A stretch of DNA of 47,234 nucleotides from Chromera velia. Taxonomy: Eukaryota. The stretch is taken from the NCBI GenBank assembly GCA_018398765.1, contig JAHBMJ010000449.1, positions 1 to 47,234 on the forward strand, written 5' to 3'. A program made the translations under genes and the position numbers. This document shows positions 11,301 to 25,511 of the stretch, piece after piece; the first letter of the stretch is position 1, and every line of letters starts with the position of its first letter. Below the pieces are notes generated by a model. It ran no database searches, was not told the origin of the DNA, and saw nothing but the letters and a program-made list of their open reading frames with translations.

Positions 11301-13318
11301 CTTGCGAGGCTTGGGTCGCTATGGAGGAGGCAAAGTCTGCAGTCGTCTGCTTCTTTTGCCCCTCGCCGTCCTCCCCTGGTATCTGCACTGCCCTCCCTGC
11401 GAGAATGGCGGCGGCCACTGAGGGCAGCTGTGCGAGGGGGCTCTCTGTGTGGGGTTCTGAGAGGAGAGCCAGGGCACGGGAACGCGCGTGCTGCTCTGCC
11501 TGCGGAATGAAGGAGGACAGGAAACGCCCCGCTCTCTCCTCGAACAGCGACACTGCCTGCCCTGTCTTTGTCGGCAACGCGTTGTACTTGTCCTCCAGCT
11601 GCACGATCCAGAAAAGAAAAGAAAAGAAAAGAAAAGAAAAGAGAGATCAAACATAAAACGTGCAACATTGCAGCACATAAGACACACAGGGCAACTCATT
11701 CGTTGACAAAGTGGTGTACTTGTCCTCCGGCTGGAGGAGAGGGGGGGGGTTGATACACACACAGAGATGTGTATACGTTTTTGAAAAACACATTCTGCCG
11801 ATTCACTAAGAATAGGAATAGGAGGAGGGTGGGAACGCTTTTCGGGCACCTCGGCACGGTTCGTGTCGATGCCGGTGTAGACGCAGTAAGGACAGAGAGG
11901 TCTCCCCACTTCTCTCTCTTTCTTCTTTTCACCTCCGCGTCTACTGGCATGTGACCATCCGGTCTTCTCTCCTTTTTCCCTCGGTCTTTCAGCCAGACGG
12001 TCTCCCTGATAGGCAAGAATGACTAACTGACGGACACAGAGAAGGACAAAAACAGCGGGGCAAAAAAAAAGAAGCAGTCAGACAGAGAGACAACAGGCAG
12101 AAGAACAAACCGACCCACCAACCTTCTGAGCAACCTCCTGGAATTCCTCTGCGATCATTTCTGCCACAGACTTGTTGATCACCTGCAAGAAAGAGAGGGA
12201 AAGGAAAAAGAGGGAGAAGGAGAAAACAACAAGACGAGTGCTAATGAAGAGACGGGCTGATACAAAGGGTTTCTCTCTGCCTCCAGTTAGTGACCTTGTT
12301 TTTCGAGGTTATTGGCATGCACAGGGGGGGACAGAAAGTCTGGATGGACAGGGAGGGAAACAACCAACGATGCTCCTCAAGGAGACCTCCGAGACTTCCC
12401 CCTGGGGCCTACAAAACGAGGCTGGCGAGTTTCTGCCGGCAGAGTTCTTGAAACCCAAACGCCTCGAAGGAGAGAGAAGGGACGGGGAGAACCTCCAAGG
12501 AACCAAAAGGAACAAGATCGATCACGATACGTCACGCCCAGGCCAAGCCAGCAAAGTGGATTGACAGCCAAACAAGGACATTCACAGACTCACAAAGAGA
12601 CGGAGAAGGACAAAGGTGCGGGGTCGAGGATAGCAAGAAGACAAGAGAACAGGGAGAAAGTCATCGAATCTTTGACACCGTGCTGGGCGGGAAAGAAAGA
12701 AGACGCTGATGCAGGAGATCCTGAAAGGCTGAAGCCTACGCGTTCAAATGAGTGTTCTAGACAAGGGCATGAAAGGAAAGCAGCGGAGCAATGAATGACG
12801 GAGGGAAGCGGAGGAGGTCATGAGACGCCACAGTATGAGGAGAGAAGGTGTCTGCATCGAGCAAAATGCCAGTCTCATTTTCAAAGCAGAGCGTTGCTGA
12901 AGAAGAATGGGGAAGCAGGGCAGAACGAAGCCGCCCACGTGACTCATTTGCATATCGAAGGAAAAGGAAAGAAACATGCGAACATTCTCTGAAGGCCTGA
13001 CTGACTGACCGCTTTGATCTTCATTCTCTTCCCGTCATCGATGGCTTCATGATCAGGAATGATCTTCTCGTAAATGTCCGTAGACACGTGCTTGGTGAGA
13101 ACCGATTCAAAATTTTGGATCAAAGAGAACGCGGGGTCCTCCAGATTCTCTGCAAATCCCGTCACACCCTTAATCCAATCAAACGAATTGAAGCGACCCG
13201 TACGGGACCCTGCGCCTGAGCCGGAGCCCGTACGTCGGACAGCGGTGACAAGCCGAAGTCCAACAACATCGAAAAGGACTGCTAGTACAAAGCAGGACTG
13301 GCTTAACCACCGCACCAT
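8397..13318 (-). CDS. Secreted Pro/Thr/Ser-rich modular protein of unknown family (~1,190 aa)
   Basis: Exon 13318-13010: MVRWLSQSCFVLAVLFDVVGLRLVTA..., hydrophobic signal-like N-terminus, donor GTCAGT. Exon 12182-12123: VINKSVAEMIAEEFQEVAQK. Exon 11598-8397: a long open frame that shifts by +1 at or near the single N at 8948 (probable assembly gap) into the 8397..9461 ORF frame, ending ...KYVAASVRKFQRAED*. Internal repeats are visible in the protein. Confidence 0.8.
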
Positions 13319-14124
13319 TATTACAAACAAGGGGGCTGGACCCCAGGGGTGAAAACGCCTTCCCTCTTTTCCTCTTGCTCTGTCTTTTGTATGTGCTCTA
13401 GTGACACGTTGTCCTCATCAGTGCCTGCATGCACCCTGCTGTCTCCTGGGTCTTGCTGCCTTCGATCAGTCAGTCACGCATCAAAGCCACAGAAATTTGG
13501 GACAAACGAAGAACATAAAAAAACCGAACAGCTTGAATTGCCTGACAGAGAACGAAACTCCCTCACTGCGACACTTCTCTGAGATGTTGAGAAACTTCAG
13601 ACAAAGAGCGAGCGACGCTTACATACGTACAGGTAAGATCAGGCAATGCAGGAATATGCAGGAAGTCGACAGGATGTCGTTTGATCGTATCTTTGCCTGC
13701 CGCCTCCAAAATTTTTGGAGACGGCTCAGTCACTTGACGCGCGCTGCTTCTGCAGCCGATGGTCGGACCCATGCACCTCGGCCCGGCGCGGGTGCACGCG
13801 ACTGCACCATGGAAGCGCGCGCGCTTTGTGAGCGAAAAGTTGCCTTTTTTTCGGCTTCACGTGCATGCGTTTTTTGTTTGACTCGAACTCACATGTAGTC
13901 ACTGCCTCGATCATTGTACCAGAGAAGGCACGCCACAAGCTCATGTTCTCAGTTTTTTCTCATTTAGCCAGTCTTTTTCCAACTTTTGACCAACAATAGC
14001 CCGAACAAATGAATTTGTGAAAGTCGACAAACAGGCGGGACAACACACGACAAAGAAGGTAGGAGACGACAAATCAAATCACATCAAAAAAGTAAAAACC
14101 AAGCAGGGCCTTCCTTCTGACAGG
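13319..14124. promoter_or_regulatory. Putative bidirectional promoter (secreted protein / ferlin) with CpG-rich core ~13730-13870
   Basis: Two divergent ATGs ~806 bp apart, a local CpG/GCGC-rich core, and the palindrome CTCCAAAATTTTTGGAG at 13704-13720. Confidence 0.6.
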
Positions 14125-16294
14125 ATGGCAAAGCAGAGCTACACCGTGAAGGTGGACATCCACGACCTGCAGGACTTGAAGTGGACGTCCTCTACGGATC
14201 CTCTGAAGGTCAAAGCGGAATTGCCAAACCCCTTTGTGGAGGTGTCAGTGAATGGTCGGTCTGAAAAACAGGAAAATGTGATTCTTCCTTCCTTAAAGTC
14301 TCATGAAGGTTCCTTTTCCAAGGTTGTTCTTCTGGTGAATGTGAGCACGTAAATCTTCTCCTTCACCCACTGGAAATGGTGGATCGAAAAAGAACTCATT
14401 TACTCTGGACTGTATGTCAAGTCTCTCCATGCATCATAGCACTCTTTCTCTCCCCAATCAGTTTGGTGGCTCGCGATCTGGACTCCTTGCTCCGCCCTCG
14501 TATGTAAGAAGTTCAAGAGTGAGAGGACCCATGTGAGAGACATCCTCATTGCATGCATGCCCGTTTATATTATTCGCATGTATATATACGTTTACACGTG
14601 TGCAGGAGAGGTCCAGTGCACCCAGAGCAAACAGAATACCGCGTCCTGCTCCTTCAACCTGACCTGTATGTTTCGGGATGTGTCCCTGACCAAAGAACAG
14701 TTTGCACAGTCGGGCATTGAAGTCAGGGCCCTCCACAAAACCTTTTTTTCCAGTGAGGTCATAGGGACTTATTTCTTCTCCTATGAGTCCATCTACAAAA
14801 GGAAGCAGAAAAGCCTGGTGAGACAATGGGTGGCTCTGACCCTCCCCGACCGTCCGAGTGAACCAAAAGGGTTCGCTCGTCTGTCCATTGCCGTCATCAA
14901 AAGCAACGAGCCCATGCCCGTTTTTGACGATCAAGACGCAGACTTCGAGGATCTTTCCGGGGCCACTTCGAAATCCCTCATGGACCGGGTCATGACCACT
15001 CCCGAGCTAAAAATGAACTATTACCATGTGTTGATCAACATCTACAAGGGGGAGGACTTCGGGGATTTTTCTGGAAAGGGCAGCTGCAGTTGTGGCATCG
15101 TCGTGCGGTTCCTGGGAGTTGAGATGGAGACGGTCACGCAGAGGGATAACCCGAACCCTGTGTGGAACGTCACCATGAAACTGCCAGCGGTAGGTCTGTA
15201 GGTCAAGTGAGAGACATCGTCACCATGAAACTGCCAGCGGAAGGTCTGTAGACCAAGTGAGAGACATCGTATGAGTCTGAGGCTGTTCCATGAGCGTCCC
15301 ATTCTTGCTGAATATTCGTGACAGACGATAGTCATTTTTCTTAGAACGTCATGAGAAAACTTACAGAGGACGATTCGGTAAACTCTTTTTCTTCGAAAAA
15401 ACGACGCCGCGTTGACTCGGTAGGTTATTGACATTTTCTCCCTCTCTTTTCATTCTCGCAGGTCGTCCCGTGCATGGAAAGCAACGTGCGACTGGAGCTC
15501 TGGGACTTCTCGAAAAGGCCTCAATTGATCGATGCGGTTCCTCTCGATTTCAACGAAATTTTGAAAAACGGCCTCCCGCTCCAATGGGTCAACTTCTACT
15601 GGCAGCCGCCTGCAGAGGGACTCGTGCAACAAGTCATGGCACTCGCAGACTCGTCACAGAAACTGGCCACTGCCTACGCCGGCCGTCTGCTTATCAGCGG
15701 CTCTGCACAGAAGGCTGCAGACCCCAAACCCCTCACTGTGTCATGCAAGACCCAACCGTTCCCCCCCCTGAGAGAATACAGAGTGTGGATCGACATCTAC
15801 GAGATCTCAGCGATCGGTCAACCCGACGAAGTGGAGTTGGAGGTCTGCCTGGGTCCTCTGTCCTTCCCCTTAGAGCCGCTCAGAAAAAACAAAAGCAAGG
15901 GGGGGGGCAGCGGGTATGTCTTCAGGGGGGACGAAGGGCGACTTCAGGAATTCCGGGCTTACCTCCCTGATCCAGAAATGTCCCCTGATCTTCTCATCAC
16001 TGTACGCACCCGAGAGGGCTGGATGGGCAATCGGACCTTGCACTCATTCCTCCGTGTGCCCTTCTCTCGACTTCTCGCGAGTGTCGGCGTGCGGCCCCAC
16101 TGGCACAACCTGAGAAGGGTCCGACAGGACGACAAAAAATCACAAAAAAGCGCGGCAGGGAAACTGTTGGCAACGTTGGCAGCCAAACTGGTTGGAGACG
16201 TCAGTCAGTCTGTCGGCCCGTGTCTCTCTCTCTCTCTCTGTCTGTCTGTCTGTCTGTCTCTGTCTCTCTCTGTGTCTCTCTCTCTGTCTCTCTC

Positions 16295-16339
<45 letters not shown>

Positions 16340-16809
16340 GGTTGTCATTTTCTGTTCTTCTTTCTCCCTCGATCTTTCCTCCTCGATTGTTCTGCTTTTT
16401 TCCCTTCTCGTGCCATTCTCCCTCAAGCCCCGTGCTGTGCATCTCCACTCTCCCTGTTGTCCACTTTCCTTTTCACTGCGGCATGCTTCTACATGCTCAT
16501 CTTTTGGTTTGAGTAAGTTTATGAGTATGAATGTGTTCCTCGCTTTCTTTTTGCGTGCATGCATGCAGGTGGGAGACAAAAGGGAACAGCGCCCAGATCG
16601 AGCGGAGTACAAACTCTCCCGATTCCTCTGCAGAGCCTTCGTCTTCCAGGCATCCCATCTGCCTGTGTCGGACCCCCATGGACTCAGCGATCCCTTTGTC
16701 AGGGTGGGTGGGTGAGTGGGTGGGTGGGTGGACAGTTGTGAAAATAGATCAAAAGACGCACAGACAGACAGACAGACAGATAGATAGACAGATAGATAGA
16801 CAGATAGAT

Positions 16810-16883
<74 letters not shown>

Positions 16884-17509
16884 CCCAGGGCTGTAGCGTC
16901 CCGTTTGTACGTAAGTGCTAAATGAGTGAAAGCGTGAATGCGTATGCAATCATCTGAAGTCTTGAGAATATTCTGGAATCAATGAGAAATGGTTGGAATA
17001 AAGCGAGTGATTAGATAAGTGACCCCAGACAGAGAGACAGACAGACAGACAAAAACAGACAGACAGACAGACAGACAAAAACAGACAGACAGACAGACAG
17101 ACACACAGACAGACCCAATGGACGAACGAACGAACGAAGGACTGACTTCTCCCTCCCCCCCCCCTCCCCTCGCATGCAGGTGACCCTCGCTGGAGAGACG
17201 GCGGAGACTCGGCAGGTGAAGTTCTGTCTCGTTCCCTGCTGGTCGGTCGGTCGGTCGGTCGGTCGTCAGCTTCTTCCTCTCTCTGTCTTTGTCTCTTTCT
17301 TTCTTGCTTTCTTTTTGCTCAGAGGGTACGGCTGAGAGAGACGAGACAAGCCTCCCGGGGGTCCCTTTATCAGCCCGCTTCCGACTCCGATCACACCGAC
17401 GCTGTCCATGGGACCAATTCAAAGTCCAAGAAGATACCAAGAACCGTGAAGCTCCCCCGCCAACTGTTGGCACCCTGTCTCAGAAGCAAGCACACATGCA
17501 TGCAGACTC

Positions 17510-17540
<31 letters not shown>

Positions 17541-19072
17541 CACGCGTGTGTGTGAACAAGCAAGAGCGTATCTGCCTGCCTGCCTGCCTGCCAGGCCATC
17601 AATGCATGGATTCATGAACCAACGAACGTTTGGACATTCACATGACGTATCAATCCAACTGTATGCGTGCGTGCGTCAATTGACTCAGGTGGGAGGCTCT
17701 CGAGTTCGAACTTTCCCTCCCTGAAGACCTCGCTCTCGCTCCAGACGTCCATGTGGAGGTAGGTGCATGGGTCGGGGGGGATTGGCCTTCCTTCTTTCCC
17801 TGTCCTCTCTCTCCCTCTCTCTCTCTCTGTGGGGGGGCTTGCTCGGTCTTTTCTTGCCTTGCTTTCTCCCTTTGTTCTCTCTGTCTTCCTCTCCGTCTTC
17901 AGGCGCATCTTTTGTATGCATCCATTTGCGTGCGCACATGTAGACCGATCTGTCTCTTCTGAAGGAATCCTTTAATTCACTCATGAATGCACGAACCCAC
18001 CCACCTACCCACCCCTGAATCCCTACAGGTGTTCGACGATGACTGGACCCTGACACAGGACCCAGAACTCCTCGGAGAGTTCAGAGTGCCCGTGAGGAAA
18101 ATACCCAAAGAGAGGGAGGAGGAGCCTAGCTGGTCATTCAGTCTGTCTGTCCGTCTGTCTGACTGTCGGACTGTAGGATTGAAAAGATGGCGTAGTCTTT
18201 AGAAAAATGCCCTCTTCTCTCTCTTCCACTTGTTTCTTGTTTGCGTGCGTGATCGGACTGGACTCAGACCTTTGGGAGGAAGGGATCGATTCCTTTTTGT
18301 TCTCGATCCGCTACTTTCTTTTTTTCTTTCCCACTCTCCCTCCCTCCGCCTGTCCCGATGATCTTTGTGTCTTCTCTCTGAGAGAGTATGTCTCCACTCC
18401 TTCTTTTCCTTCTCATTCTTTTCTCATGATTTATGCCTGCATGGTGGTCTAAAGAAGCACGTTCCGTGCAAAGACCGCATGGGCGCATACTAGACGGGGG
18501 GTCTGATGCTGTCTGTGGTGGTGCAGGTGGGATCTGTTCTGCGATCGTTTCCCTGACTCTCGTGCGCGTCTCCTGGCCTCCTTCGAGCTTGTGCCCATCA
18601 AGGACGCGGACGCGCACCCCTTCTTCCCAGACATCTTCCCGTCCACTCGCAGATCCACCGTCAACTTTTTTCTACTCGGTTGGTCGGTAGGTCGGGTGGT
18701 TGGTAGCGGGGCCCGGGGGAGCATTGGGGTATGGGGGCATTCTTCATGTGAAGGAAGAAGAAAGGAACGAAAATGTTGTAATACAGCAATAGGACTTGAT
18801 GTATCTGAACTCCAGTGGATGGGTGGGGTTTTTGTTTTGTGCGTGCTCCCTCCAAAGTCGGGTTCTGTTTGCGTTGGCGATGTCCTTCCTTGTTTTTTTT
18901 TTCTTCATTTTGTTCCTTCCTTTGATGGAGCTGATAACATCACCTTCTTTCTCCTTGTGTGGACGCTCACTCACTCACCTGCAGGCATTCGTCTGCTCGG
19001 AGGAGGGTCCTCTTCGATGAAGCCGATCGTGGAGATCGCGTATGACCGGTGCGTGCGTGCGTGCGTGCGTGC

Positions 19073-19108
<36 letters not shown>

Positions 19109-19816
19109 GTGGGGGGCTGGGGGTGTCTCTGTTTGTGTATGTGTATATGTCTATGTCCATGTCTGTGTCTGTATGTGTCGAAAGGGTGTCGGTGTCTGTG
19201 CACTACAAACGCATCTGTGCAATCAAAACCGTGTCTATGCAAGCGAAAAGTATCAAAACCCCGAACAAAAAAACCAACATATGCCTGTGTCTGAAAAACT
19301 GGCCGAACAGTTCTTCACCCCCCAAAACATACCAACCAACCAACCGACCCTCCATGCCTCCATGCACATGCAGGTGCGAAGATGACCCCAACGAGCCACT
19401 GGAGTTGGTGGAGTCCGATGAGCCTCTGCCGGGGGGGGGGAACGGAAATTTCAATTACCTCGAGAGTCTCGATATGAACCTCAACCTTCCCAAAAAACCA
19501 AACTTTCAGGTGCGTGCGTCACTGGAGGGTAGGTTTTTCTGGCGCAGAAAAGGCCCTCACGAGTCAAAGCGAAAGTCTCCAGGGAGACCCGAAACCCAGA
19601 GACACTCTCGCACGCACACCCAGACACAGACACAGACAGTTGAGGTGTTCCAGACGCGAGATCGCTTCCTTAATCTTTCTTGAGAACATCCAATTTTGAC
19701 CATTCCCCCTTTCTCTGCCTTCCTACATACCTGCCTGTCTGCATCTCTGCTACCCACCTGAATTGTCTGTCCGTCTGTGTCTCCCTCTGTTTCTTGTCTG
19801 GGTCTGTCTCTGTGTC

Positions 19817-19858
<42 letters not shown>

Positions 19859-22800
19859 TGTGTGTGTGTGTGTGTGAGTGTGTGTGCAGTCCTACCTGGA
19901 GGTCTCTGTCATTGGGGCGACATCTCTGGGAGAGACGAAGCTCGGCCACTCGTACATCCACCTGAATCCGTACATGCCTTGGCTCTCCCAGGAACTCCGG
20001 AGAGAGGTCAGTCAGTCAGGCATTTTCTTTCATACAGTATTAATTATCTAAACATGTATGAAAACAATACTGTATGAAAATGAATGCATGCCCTGGCTCT
20101 CCCAGGAACTCTGGAGAAAGGTCAGGCAGCCAGTCAGGCAACAGGCAAGCGTCTAAAGAACATGGATGAATCAGAGGGACTGCATGGAGTTTTTGTTTCC
20201 TTCTGTCATAAAACCGTCCTCGTTGATGCATGCTTCGAGTCAGCATGAGATTCTGGATGTTGGTTGGGAGGTGTTTCGTTCGAAGCCCTGGAGGGAGAGA
20301 CATTTAGACGAAGCCAAGGAACTTGAGGTGAGTGAGTGAATGAATAAATGAATGAATGATTGAATGAATGAATGAATGAATTGGTGCAGCTTGGAGACGA
20401 TTTCGGTTTCCTCACTCACCAGCAGCGGAGAGAGAGGGACGAGAGACAGAGACTCGTCGAGGAGGCCATAGGGGGTCTCCAGACGGAAACAACAGCTGAG
20501 ACAACGGTGGTCAGTCAATCAGTCAGTCAGGTGGGTAGGCAACACAAAAACACAATGAGCAGGTAGACAGACAGACAGGCGGACAGACAGACAGGCGGAC
20601 TGTATGGCTTCTAATCATCTTCCTTTCTTCTTCTTTTGTTCCCTCAAGAATCCACAAGAGACAAACAGACTGACAGACGGAGATTGGCAAACGCAAAAAG
20701 ATAGCCAGGTTGATGAAGGTGTGACACAAAGATGGAAAAATCATTGCCTCTCCGCTCCCCCCCTCTTTTAATTCAGGGCGACGCCTCCCCCCTCGGCGGA
20801 GACACCCTGGACGTTCTGGAGGCAGAGGCAGCAACAGAGGCCAAGATGGCTGCGGACCCCTCTCTGGAAATTCCCAGAGACGCGGCTTCTCTGAACTGCC
20901 ACTCGTTCCACAAGGACTTCTTCGAAGCCGTCTACGCAGGAGAGAAGCCCCCCGCAATAGAATTGGACCCCCGACTCTCGAAGATGCTGGAGGGATTCGA
21001 GTGGAAGGTCAGCCTCGTCAGAGGAAGAAGAGGGAGTCTTGCTTGTGTCGGAGGGAGAAAGGGACGCTCTCTTCGCTCCATTCCCATCATCATCATCAAG
21101 GAAGGGAAGCGAACCAATTGATGCGATTTACCGATTGTTCCATTCATTGCTTTCCTTTTTGAACGCCCGAATGCCTCAGTTTTGTTTCGCAAAGCACACA
21201 TGGTCAAGGGAGCTGCAACAGCATTTCTCTTTTCCATGAGAAAGAAAGTGGAGCTCCCTCTTGCCGCAATGCATGAACGAATTCAGGTGGAGCTTCCAGA
21301 GGCCCAAAAAGAGGAGAGTGCAGAAATTCCCGTCTCTCTGGAAAAGGACACCGACATGAGGGACCTCCCTTACGACGTTGTGCCGATCTTCAAGGGAAAC
21401 GCCAACGGAGAGGCGGAGACAGTCGGGTACCTAAAGTACCTCTGCAGAATCTTCACCTCCAAAATGAACAGGTTGGTACAGTTTGGGGGGGTGTAACGTG
21501 GACTCCATTAATCCTTGGAGAGCATCTCTCTCTCCTCTCTGGCTTTTGTCCATTTCAGGCGTTTCGGTATTGTGTCCATATTTTGTTTTTGTTTTGCTCG
21601 CTCCATCCCTTCTGCCCCCATGTGCTTGTTTTGTGGGTGTGTGTTTATTTTTGGGCGTGTTTATGTGTGCTCAGAAACGTTGATTTTGCATGGCTGACTG
21701 AATGCGTGTGTGTGTGTGTGTGTATGTGCATGCAGAGACGACTCTGAGATCGACGAGCTTGCTGATAGAGTGGAGGCCGCCCAGAAATTGGTCCTGCGTG
21801 CCTACATCCTCTCAGCGCATTCACTTGTCCCAAGAAGTGGCAGCACACGGCCGAAGTGAGTGAGAGTGAGCATGATGGCGGCTTGAATTCTTAATTTGGC
21901 TTTTTTGACATGAAAGGGCGGGAGGGAAGAATCTTTAAAGGGAGGCAGAAGGTGCCAGCCAGAGGGAGAAAACGTGAAGGGGAAGTAAAATAAAGAAAGG
22001 AAAAGGATACGCCCAAACCTGCGGTCATCTCATGAAATGGCAAACGAACAAATGAACAGGAGTTTTTGCTCCCCTTCCACGCTTTTCAAAATGCCTCCTT
22101 CCTTATTTTGTGTTCATTTCGCACGTCTCCTTCTGGTATGCACCCGTGAATTGTTTTCTCTCTCTCTTCTGCAGTCCATTTGTGGCAGTGCGCTGTGGCA
22201 AGGACCGCTCGGACTGTCCGACCTCTCTGTATGACTCGAACAACTACAAACACTCGACTCTGAACCCGGACTTCTACAGGTTGGTACAGCTGTCTGTATA
22301 GAGACAGAACTTTCACATGACAGCAAAGAAAGAAGCCAAAAGGAGTAACTCCAAATTTGCCCCGAAGTCCCCCCCCAAGCTGACTGGCGAAAAGGAGGAG
22401 AAAAATAATCATACAGGAGCAAAGGAGACCGGAAAAGTTTTTCAAGGTTCCATGGCATCTCCCCATGCATGCTGGTTGGACAAGTGACCTGCCACCTAGG
22501 GGAAGCAGAAAGCAACAATGAAATGGAATTATAAGAGGAATCAAAGCGAAAATTCCTGACTTTAATTTTGTGTGTACGGGCTCATGTCTGTCTGTACGTG
22601 CATATGCTTGTACACATTTGTACATAAAATCTAGCCGCATTCTTATTCATGCAACCATCAACATCCATGTGCATCAACGTCATCAAATGACTCTGGGGGT
22701 CCCTCAAAATCTTCCTCCTGTCTGCCTGTCTAAGTATGTATCTGCTGCTCTCTCTCTTTGCAGGTGTTATCAGATGGACCTGAGCCTTCCTGAGAATGCG

Positions 22801-23749
22801 CTTCTGCACCTGTCTGTGATGAGCAAGGGGGCCACGGGACTGACAGACGACCTGATCGGAAAGACGGTGCTGGACCTGGAGGACCGATTTTTTCATCCCC
22901 GGTTCCAGGCGTTGATGAAGAAAGTCAGTCAGCAGCCGAGACGATTTACTTAAATGTGTTCGTATAGCCCCAAGCCTTGGGGTTCTCACTCTCTCCGTTG
23001 TGTTGTGTTTTTCTAATGGAAGTGTCGTTCTGCGTTTTCTGATAGCATGTCCATCCATCTCATGTTTTTTCTCATCTATCCTGCTGAATTGAATTTCATT
23101 TGACTCTTGATCTTCTTCTTGATTCTGCCCCCCCCCCCCCCNNNNNNNNNNNNNNNNNNNNNNNNNNNNNNNNNNNNNNNNNNNNNNNNNNNNNNNNNNN
23201 NNNNNNNNNNNNNNNNNNNNNNNNNNNNNNNNNNNNNNNNNNNNNNNNNNNNNNNNCCCCCCCCCTCTCTCTCTCGACGCTTCGAGGAATGCATGCAGCC
23301 CCGAGGGATTCCCATCGAAATGCGACAACTCCTGAACGACCCATCTCCGATGAACCACGGAGTCATCAGAGGGTGGTACGAAGTGTGGACTCCTGATGAG
23401 GCTGCAAAGAAGTCAGTGGAGAGGCAGTCGAGTAATTTTCTGTTTCTGTTTGCGTTATTGGCCGCATAGACAGGAGGAAGAATTTGTTTGGCCAAGGGAG
23501 GTGTAAGGTAGATTGAATGGATTCATGTATTCTTACTGGCACAGAACGAACAGAAAGAATGATCGATGCAAATCGTCACATTGCTTTTGCGCTTTTCTTT
23601 TTCTCACAAACTCATTTGGTGAGTTCCCTTAATTTTGATCTGTGTCTCCGTGTGTCTTGATGCAGTCTGCTAGAGAGTGCATCCCCGCTACACACACACA
23701 CACACACACACACACATGCCCGTCACACACGAGCCCGCAAGCACACACA

Positions 23750-23797
<48 letters not shown>

Positions 23798-25472
23798 TAC
23801 ACAAACAAAAAAAGAGAGAGAGAGAGAGAGGGAGAGAGAGAGAGAGAGAGAGAGAGAAACTGACAATAAATTCTGTGCATTCAGTCCCATGGAGAATCTG
23901 TCGACCCCCGAGCCCGAAATGTTCCAATTGCGTGTGGTCATCTGGCGGACTCGCAACGTGCCTCTGGGAGAGGAGAGCACGGTGTCCATCTTCGTGAGGG
24001 GACTTCACTCTCTGGATGATGAGTCGATTCCCCCAATCACGCAGGAGACAGACACGCATTGGCATTCGACAGACGGCTCCGCGACGTTCAACTGGAGGTT
24101 CATCTTCGACCTCAAGGTGCCTTGCCAGTTCCCTACACTCACTCTGCAGGTAGGTTCGTACATATGGGACGGGGGGGGGGTAAGTGTCATTCGATCTCAC
24201 CCTCCAAGCTGTTGACAAGAGGCGACATGTGTCAACTTGTGCAGGCGTCTACCTGTTCATCTCTTCTTCTATGTGTCTTCACGCTCTCTCCAAAAGCACC
24301 AAAGACCCTCGTCAAACACTGGTGGGGCACATGGGCTTGTGCTGCAGTTCATTGGGGCATTTTTAGAGTGGTGCCTTGGCGTCAAAAGGCGTTCCGTTTG
24401 TTTGGGTTCTTTCACTCGGAGGTCTCTCATTCGTCTTTGTGACTCGATTTCTCCTCATTCCTTTTGCCCGCTCTTCCCTTCCATCCGCAGGTTTGGAATT
24501 ACAACCTGATCCAAACAAACGACGCCGTCAGCGAGTGCTCGATTGATCTTGCCGGGGATCTAATGAAGGTAGGTGAGTGTGGAAGAGAAGAGAGAAAAAG
24601 ACTTTCTTTTGTGGGTCTCCCGGGTTTGTTGTGAAAGAGGGGGGGTGTTTTTTGTATTTGAGTTGCAGATCGAAGCTTGTCGTCTTTACGTCGCGTCGCC
24701 TTTCTTTTCGTTCTGTCTCTGCATGAGTGTGCGCGCCCGCTTGTTGGTTTCCGCATGCTGTTTCCTTCCGTCTGTTTGCAGGGCAAGAAGAAGCGTCAGA
24801 GAGTCAACCTGGGACGTTCGTGGATCAGAATGACTCACCCTTCCTTTCCTGGAGAGGAGAGGGGGGAAGTGGACGTGGAGATATCCATTGTACCTATGGC
24901 GGTGGTCAGTCAGTCAGTCAGTCAGTCAGACAGTCAGTCCGTCAGTCAGTCAGTCAGTCAGTCAGACAGTCAGTCAGTCAGACAGTCAGTCCGTCAGTCA
25001 GTCAGACAGTCAGACAGTCAGTCCGTCAGTCAGTCAGTCAGTCAGTCAGACAGGCAGTTAGTCAGTCATTCTCTTTCTCTCTCTCTTTTTCTGTGCCTCT
25101 GTGTGTGTGAGTGTGTGTGTGTGTGTGTATGTGTGTATGACGGTCGTGCTTACAGCTCATTCTGTCTCTGTCCTTTTTTCGCCTCGCTACTTGTCCGCTG
25201 GTCCAGTCCATCTGTCTCATATGAGCATGCCATTCATGTACGTGTACGTGTATGTACACATGGACCTGTGTGCCTGTGCACACACACTCCACGCCTGCGT
25301 GACTGCATGCAGGCCGCCAACGCCCCCGTTGGGAAAGGAAGGGAGGAGCCGAACAGAGACCCTGCCCTGCCAGAGGTGACCGAGAACAGAAACTATTTGG
25401 CCTCCATGCCCGTCACAAAACAACTGCAGGACTTCTCAGCAGACGTCAGTCACTCAGTCACTCAGCCAGGCA

Positions 25473-25511
<39 letters not shown>

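Noticed and set aside
11850..12005. Possible additional exon in the secreted-protein gene
   Set aside because: Weak donor, and the direct join AQK|LEDKY reads well without it. Cannot be excluded without RNA-seq.
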